DNA of 64,000 nucleotides from a virus, in IMG/VR virus record IMGVR_UViG_3300006735_000030, positions 4,803-68,802 of that record, one strand, 5' to 3'. Positions 58,539-64,000 of this stretch are shown here, one piece after another (positions within the stretch are counted from its first letter, which is position 1; each line of letters opens with the position of its first letter). The notes below the pieces were generated by a model. The model was given only the letters and a program-made list of their open reading frames with translations, searched no databases and was not told the origin of the DNA. A program made the position numbers and the translations under genes.

Positions 58539-61500
58539 TAACTACCCCTACCTGAGTTTTGTATTGCTTCATAAGTCCTATCTGGGTCAATTCTAACTGG
58601 GTCTTGTGGTTCATTATTTGTTGGGTCTGTAGCAAAAGTTCCAAATTCTTCAGTACCACTTAACCAAGGTAAATCAAAATGTTTACCAGTCATTGATAAT
58701 GCGTATTGACCAATAAACTTAAATCCAATTTGTACAGTCACAAATTTTGGTAACTGCATTGGTACATCAATATCCCAAGGGCTTCCGTCTTCTATTGTTA
58801 AAGAAATATTATCAATTAATCCTGGTGTATTTTTATATAAATTACCAATAGTCAATTCTATAAATGGTGGTGTCATTAATCTACCACCAGTTTCACCAGC
58901 AGATTTAAATTGTGGATAACCAAGACCAACAAGATAATTTAATTTTTCCCACATAGGAATCATCTCTTGTTTTGACATTGGATAAACTTTGAAACCAAAT
59001 CCTATGGCTCTATCTGCACCAGTGTAAGTATAAACTTTGTCTGGTCTACCTATATATTGAGTCTCATTCCAACCTGGTGTTATTGTATCACTAATTCCTT
59101 CTAAGGTTGCTCTAAATACTATGAACTTATTATTAACTAAGTCCTTAAATTTAAATGGAATAAAATCCATATCTGAATTATCAGAACCATATGGTGTCAT
59201 GTTAACTTTGTCTGTTAATTCATTACTAAAACTATTAGTATCACCCTTCTTTATCAGACCAAGTTTAGTATCTTCTACTGGTTTCATACCAGGTTTTCCT
59301 GGTGTTCCTAAAGCGTATACTTTCTTTCTACCTTCTTGTCTTCTAACAACTTCGTTCTCTAAATTTTTTAATTCTTCAACTACTTCTGGTGTATTCAATC
59401 CACTTTTAGCTACTTCGGAAGAACCTTGTAATGTTTGTTGATATTTTTGATTAATATCTCCTGGTATTTGACCATAGGACATAAGTGCATATCTTTTAAC
59501 AATATCATCATCTGTCTTAATTGTTGGTGGTAACATAATATCAACACCATTATCACCATTTGCAAAATCTCTACCTATGTTTCTATGATGTATCATTTCA
59601 GCTAGTGGTGAGTCTGTTAATTTATAGAATCTAGCTTTTTGTGGTTCTATCGCTGGATGTCTATCCATTCTACCACTCGATAAATTACTTGTCTCAGAAC
59701 TTTGTTTCCACATTATACCACGATGTAACCATAATATTGGTGTACCATCACCAGCTACATCGAAATTAGATTTTAATTCTTTAGTATGTACTGGTAAACC
59801 TAATTCTGTGTATTTAGAAGAAAGACCATATAACATAGCATTTAAATGTATTTTTCTCTCTTCTCCTTCATTACCCAACATACTTGGGATTGCTATTCTT
59901 GAATCAGCACTACCTGGTACTATACCAGCTCCTTCTGCTTTAGATTTCCAAATTACCATTAAACTATCTTGGTGTCTTGAATGTGTACCACCAGATAATT
60001 GACTTCTCATATAATCCATTACTGGATCGCTAGTAAGATGAGCTATCTGACCTCTGGCCCAATATAAAGCAGTTTTACCTGCATCTAAGGCTCCTTGTGC
60101 TAAATCTGTAGTTGTATTACCAATCTTGATAGCAGATGTTTTTACCTTCTCCCACACATCCTTACTTACATCTCTAACTTTATCCCAATCAATACCTTTA
60201 TTTGGAGACTCAACTACTGGTGCTCCCTCAGTTACTTTTGGTTCTGCTTGTGGGAAATAATGTTTGTATTTATCGAGTAGTGGTGCAACAATTTGTTGTC
60301 CTTTTTGAAAATTTACACCTGCCCAATCTACAACTTTTCCACCAAATGTCCAAACATCTTGAGCTCCTTCACCAATTAAATCGGCTAGTTTACCAACTAC
60401 TTCAGTACCCTTATTAGCTAAACCTTCTATATAAGGTTGCATCTTTTCTGCTACTGGTCCAACTACAACCGAACCTGGTTTTCCATGTGTAGGTATATGA
60501 ACCATTGGAACTATTGAAAACAAACTTTCTGGATTCCATTGTCTTGTATGTGGAAACGTATTCATCTTATGAAAGAACCATTGTTTAGCACCAAACATAA
60601 TACCTTGTGGTGTTAATAAAAATTTACCGATTCTAAATACATCATCAGTAGCTCTACCCATCATTGTACTAATCATACCAAGACCAGGTACACTACTTAC
60701 AGCATCAATTCCCGCTTTACTACCAATATCCTTTATAATAAAAGGTTGGTCAAATCCTATTACATTATTATCTCTATAAGGTAACTTATCATATTGTCCT
60801 TCGGTTGATAATTCTGTTGGTGGTATTCTTCCATTAGCATTATAAGAGTCAAATGATGGTGGTGTTTCTAAACTTGGAAAATTAAAAGGTTGTCTTGGAC
60901 TTCTTTCAGCTAAAGGGCTGTTGTCTATCGAAATCTGAAACCAATCAATTAATTCTGGTGCTTGAAATGAAGTTATATTAGATTGTTCAAATGGATTTGT
61001 ATTTTGTTGAACGGAAGTTACATCAGATTGTAAAAATGGATTTAAACCACTAAGTTCAGAGTTTATAGTAGTTAAATCTCCTTGTATAAATGGTGCGGTA
61101 TCTGATTGAAACGAAGTAACATCTGATTGTTGAAATGGTGTCGTTTCTTGTTGAAATGTAGTTACGTCTGATATTTCAAATGGTTGAGTATCTTGTGTAA
61201 ACGTACTTACATCCGATTGTGGAAATTGTATAAGTTCTTGTTGAAAAGAAGTTACATCAGATTGAACAAATGGTTGAGTATTTTGTGTAAACATCGTTAC
61301 ACTTGATTGTTGAAATTGAATTAATTGTGGTGTTTCTAAACCAGTTATATCCGATACATTAAATGCTTGTATATCCATTCCTGCGGTATGTCTACCAATT
61401 GGATTTGAATCAACTACCTCTGGAACACCATTCAATGTGAACAATGAAGCTGGCCCATTGAAATTCATTGTAAATCCAGTAGCGTGTAGATTTGGAAAAT

Positions 61501-61609
61501 AGTCTACTGCTTGTGGTGCTGTTGATGAACCTATACTATTACCAGTAGGTGAACCCATTGGTTGTCCAGCTCCAACTGCTAGTTTACTTTTTAATTCAAG
61601 TAATCCCAT
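58538..61609 (-). CDS. Baseplate / tail-tube-initiator-like protein with long N-terminal extension
   Basis: C-terminal FRATL.GISD...W....YIGR....YTY.G..R...F, PFIELTIG tube-like domain; between tape measure and LysM gene. Confidence 0.6.
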   Translation of the reverse strand: MGLLELKSKLAVGAGQPMGSPTGNSIGSSTAPQAVDYFPNLHATGFTMNFNGPASLFTLNGVPEVVDSNPIGRHTAGMDIQAFNVSDITGLETPQLIQFQQSSVTMFTQNTQPFVQSDVTSFQQELIQFPQSDVSTFTQDTQPFEISDVTTFQQETTPFQQSDVTSFQSDTAPFIQGDLTTINSELSGLNPFLQSDVTSVQQNTNPFEQSNITSFQAPELIDWFQISIDNSPLAERSPRQPFNFPSLETPPSFDSYNANGRIPPTELSTEGQYDKLPYRDNNVIGFDQPFIIKDIGSKAGIDAVSSVPGLGMISTMMGRATDDVFRIGKFLLTPQGIMFGAKQWFFHKMNTFPHTRQWNPESLFSIVPMVHIPTHGKPGSVVVGPVAEKMQPYIEGLANKGTEVVGKLADLIGEGAQDVWTFGGKVVDWAGVNFQKGQQIVAPLLDKYKHYFPQAEPKVTEGAPVVESPNKGIDWDKVRDVSKDVWEKVKTSAIKIGNTTTDLAQGALDAGKTALYWARGQIAHLTSDPVMDYMRSQLSGGTHSRHQDSLMVIWKSKAEGAGIVPGSADSRIAIPSMLGNEGEERKIHLNAMLYGLSSKYTELGLPVHTKELKSNFDVAGDGTPILWLHRGIMWKQSSETSNLSSGRMDRHPAIEPQKARFYKLTDSPLAEMIHHRNIGRDFANGDNGVDIMLPPTIKTDDDIVKRYALMSYGQIPGDINQKYQQTLQGSSEVAKSGLNTPEVVEELKNLENEVVRRQEGRKKVYALGTPGKPGMKPVEDTKLGLIKKGDTNSFSNELTDKVNMTPYGSDNSDMDFIPFKFKDLVNNKFIVFRATLEGISDTITPGWNETQYIGRPDKVYTYTGADRAIGFGFKVYPMSKQEMIPMWEKLNYLVGLGYPQFKSAGETGGRLMTPPFIELTIGNLYKNTPGLIDNISLTIEDGSPWDIDVPMQLPKFVTVQIGFKFIGQYALSMTGKHFDLPWLSGTEEFGTFATDPTNNEPQDPVRIDPDRTYEAIQNSGRGS
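60929..61363 (-). repeat. Degenerate ~45-bp (15-aa) tandem coding repeat
   Basis: About 8-9 units like FQQSDVTSFQQDTQP. Confidence 0.8.
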
Positions 61610-61610
61610 A

Positions 61611-64000
61611 CTATACCTCCGCTAAACCTTTGATTCCACGATTCATTGTTGTTAATAATTCTCTATTTGTTGATTCTAATGCATGTACGGCACTTATAAC
61701 ACCATCTAATTTTTCTTCGGTAACTGACATATCAGTAACTACCATTGGTTCTGATTCTGCAACATCTGAATTACCACCACCTGCTAACGCCATACCTAAC
61801 ATACCAATTCCCGATAATGCTAGTAATACAGGAAGAGCTGGTAGTAATGCAAGAGCTCCAATGGCTAACGCACCCATTCCAATTCCTAAAGCTCCAAACG
61901 CTCCAGCTAAAACAAATATTCCACTAGCTAATGGAACTAATGTAGTTAGTATTGGTGTAAATGAACTTATACCTTCCGATAACATTGAGAAACCACTTCC
62001 TATGGCTTGTATAGCAACCCCTAACACGAGTAAAGCTGCGGCTATGACCAACATTGCGGCCGCTCCTGCAAGAATAGCAACAGCACCAACACCACTCGTC
62101 ATTAGAGCTCCTATAGCAACTAATACTAATGTTAGTCCAAGTAAAGCTACACCAGCCTTAACCAAGTCACTAAACTCAACCTTTGTAAATTCTTGTAGAG
62201 CTTTAGCTGTTACAAATAATGCCGCGGACACGATTAACATAGCGGCTGCTCCGGCTAATAATTTAGCTGGGTTTAACTTTTCTACAAAATCAAGTCCACT
62301 ACCCCCTCTTCGTCTTCTACGAGTACCACCATCTCCACTACCAGAACCACTACTTACCTTATCAAGTAGGGCTGACTTCTTTTTCAGAATATAATCTTTA
62401 AGACTAATGGCATATCCTTTTATTGACGCCAACAGACCTTCTTTAGCTGTTAACTTAGTCATCAGATAGATTGATGTTGCTATACCTAATAAGGGAGTCA
62501 AGTAACCACCAGAAATATCATCTAAGTAGGTAATCCAACTAGCAAGAATACTAAGTCCTTTAACTAATAAGAAAACTATACCACCAATAGGTGCTAAAGC
62601 TATCATAAATATTGGTTTTAACATCTTCCAAATATCAACTAAATCTGCACTCAATCCACGTACTTCTTTCATTATCATAGCCATAAAAGCAATATTAGCA
62701 TTTTGAGTATCCGTCTGTTTATTTATATTACCTTGATTAGCTACCATCTTCGATAACTCTGTTACACTAATACCAATAGATTGTGCTAGAGCTCTTCTTT
62801 GAAGAACGTTCATTGCATTAAATTCTGATTCTGAACCTACATTCTTTAATACTTCTCTTTGTAAACCCTCTATATCACCAGACAGAGCTAGTTGACGAGC
62901 TTTATCAAGATTTAATTGTCTACCAAGTAAAATCTCAGCTTCCATTTGTTGTTGTATACTTGATTCGAAATCTAATAAGTTATCTGCTATCTTTACTGCA
63001 GTATCAAAGTTTATACCAAGTTTTTTAGCTTCTATCGCGGCTCTAGCGACATTCATACCACCATCTTTGGCGAATCCAGCAAAAGCTTCAGTATTATTAG
63101 CTATGTCTTGCATTACTTGACCTGGTGCTACACCTTCAGCTTGAGCTAGTGAAGCAACATTTTTGGCCATAGCGAAAGCGGCTTGTTCGGAACCAGCTCC
63201 TATAGCTTTCATCGTGACCATTAGAGCTCCAGCGGCTTGACCACTAACACCAAAGTCAGCTTTCAATTGACCCATACTCATTAATAACTCGGTTGAAGAT
63301 GCGGCTACACCACCAAAATTGTTTATTAAGGCCATCTGAGCTTCTGCTACATCAGCACTTTCAACTCCTGCCGCTTTCATAGACATAGATACTTCAGATA
63401 TCTGCATTTGTAGACCTACAGCGGCCTCATCACTAATACCTAATTCTGTTTTAAGACTTTGAGCACCCTTGAATAAATCGAACATTTGTTTAGCGGCTAA
63501 ACCTAAACCAGCAACAAGAGCGAGTGCTGGATTAGCAAATACAGCTTTCATCATACCACCCAACTCAGCGGCTTTATTCTTAATGTCTTCCATTGGTTGC
63601 ATTAATTGTTTGGTAGCATTTTGTTGCATATCTTGAGCTTTAGATATCTTCTTTTGTACGTTTAATCTGTCTTGTGCGATATCTAATAATTCGAGAGCGT
63701 AGTCAACCTCTGCTTTTGATAAATCTGTTTGACCAGTTTGTAACATTAAACGTTGTTCTGCTATTTCAGTTTGTTGTGCTCCTAAATCTACTTGTTTAAA
63801 AGCTTCAGTTCCTATAGCCGCTTGATTTTGTTGTAGTACATTGGTAGTCTGTTGTTGTTCCATCAATATCTTAGATATATCTGTTTGGTAATCTACATTT
63901 GTACCAACTACATTGTTTATGGTCTGTGATTGTTCAGTTATTTGTTCTTGTGTAAAAAGTTGTTTAGCACCAAGTTTGTTTAAACTATTATGTATGTTTA
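61611..64000 (-). CDS. Tail tape measure protein (5' end beyond window)
   Basis: Long helical Ala/Gln-rich ORF, LLDFESSI..QMEA..LLGRQLNLDKARQLAL, hydrophobic repeats; frame stays open to 64000. Confidence 0.8.
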   Translation of the reverse strand, partial: NIHNSLNKLGAKQLFTQEQITEQSQTINNVVGTNVDYQTDISKILMEQQQTTNVLQQNQAAIGTEAFKQVDLGAQQTEIAEQRLMLQTGQTDLSKAEVDYALELLDIAQDRLNVQKKISKAQDMQQNATKQLMQPMEDIKNKAAELGGMMKAVFANPALALVAGLGLAAKQMFDLFKGAQSLKTELGISDEAAVGLQMQISEVSMSMKAAGVESADVAEAQMALINNFGGVAASSTELLMSMGQLKADFGVSGQAAGALMVTMKAIGAGSEQAAFAMAKNVASLAQAEGVAPGQVMQDIANNTEAFAGFAKDGGMNVARAAIEAKKLGINFDTAVKIADNLLDFESSIQQQMEAEILLGRQLNLDKARQLALSGDIEGLQREVLKNVGSESEFNAMNVLQRRALAQSIGISVTELSKMVANQGNINKQTDTQNANIAFMAMIMKEVRGLSADLVDIWKMLKPIFMIALAPIGGIVFLLVKGLSILASWITYLDDISGGYLTPLLGIATSIYLMTKLTAKEGLLASIKGYAISLKDYILKKKSALLDKVSSGSGSGDGGTRRRRRGGSGLDFVEKLNPAKLLAGAAAMLIVSAALFVTAKALQEFTKVEFSDLVKAGVALLGLTLVLVAIGALMTSGVGAVAILAGAAAMLVIAAALLVLGVAIQAIGSGFSMLSEGISSFTPILTTLVPLASGIFVLAGAFGALGIGMGALAIGALALLPALPVLLALSGIGMLGMALAGGGNSDVAESEPMVVTDMSVTEEKLDGVISAVHALESTNRELLTTMNRGIKGLAEV

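Noticed and set aside
403-62394. All plus-strand ORFs in the track (for example 403..684, 38059..38442, 61549..62394)
   Set aside because: They are antisense shadows of well-supported minus-strand genes or RNA elements, with no recognisable motifs
1-64000. Alternative genetic code (stop-codon reassignment)
   Set aside because: Genes tile densely under the standard code, and TAA, TAG and TGA all act as stops

Overview
This is a 64-kb, AT-rich, densely packed segment in which all credible genes lie on the minus strand. It reads as part of a large T4-like tailed dsDNA phage genome; there are no ribosomal or other core cellular genes. In transcription order (right to left) it holds: (i) tail tape-measure and baseplate-type genes, ThyX and a compact PolA-like protein; (ii) an early-type region of small ORFs with sigma70-like promoters and a structured non-coding transcript; (iii) four type IV pilin-like genes behind a sigma54-like promoter, followed by secreted proteins and a TonB C-terminal domain protein; (iv) a ~410-nt highly structured ncRNA with ROOL-like motifs; (v) a replication block (SSB, RecA/UvsX, 5'-3' exonuclease, helicase, class II RNR, PolB, sliding clamp, clamp loader, Cas4-like nuclease) interleaved with a TonB-dependent receptor, a heptose-kinase-like enzyme, ClpP, DUF1599 and two paralogous GT-B proteins; and (vi) a ~21-kb glycan biosynthesis and modification island. 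The best candidate for a new system is the GT-B pair, which shares a C-terminal (S/A)WF tail with the DNA polymerase, suggesting clamp-tethered, replication-coupled DNA glycosylation. Next are the pilin/TonB envelope cassette and the large ncRNA. All family calls come from motif recognition by eye; no searches were run.
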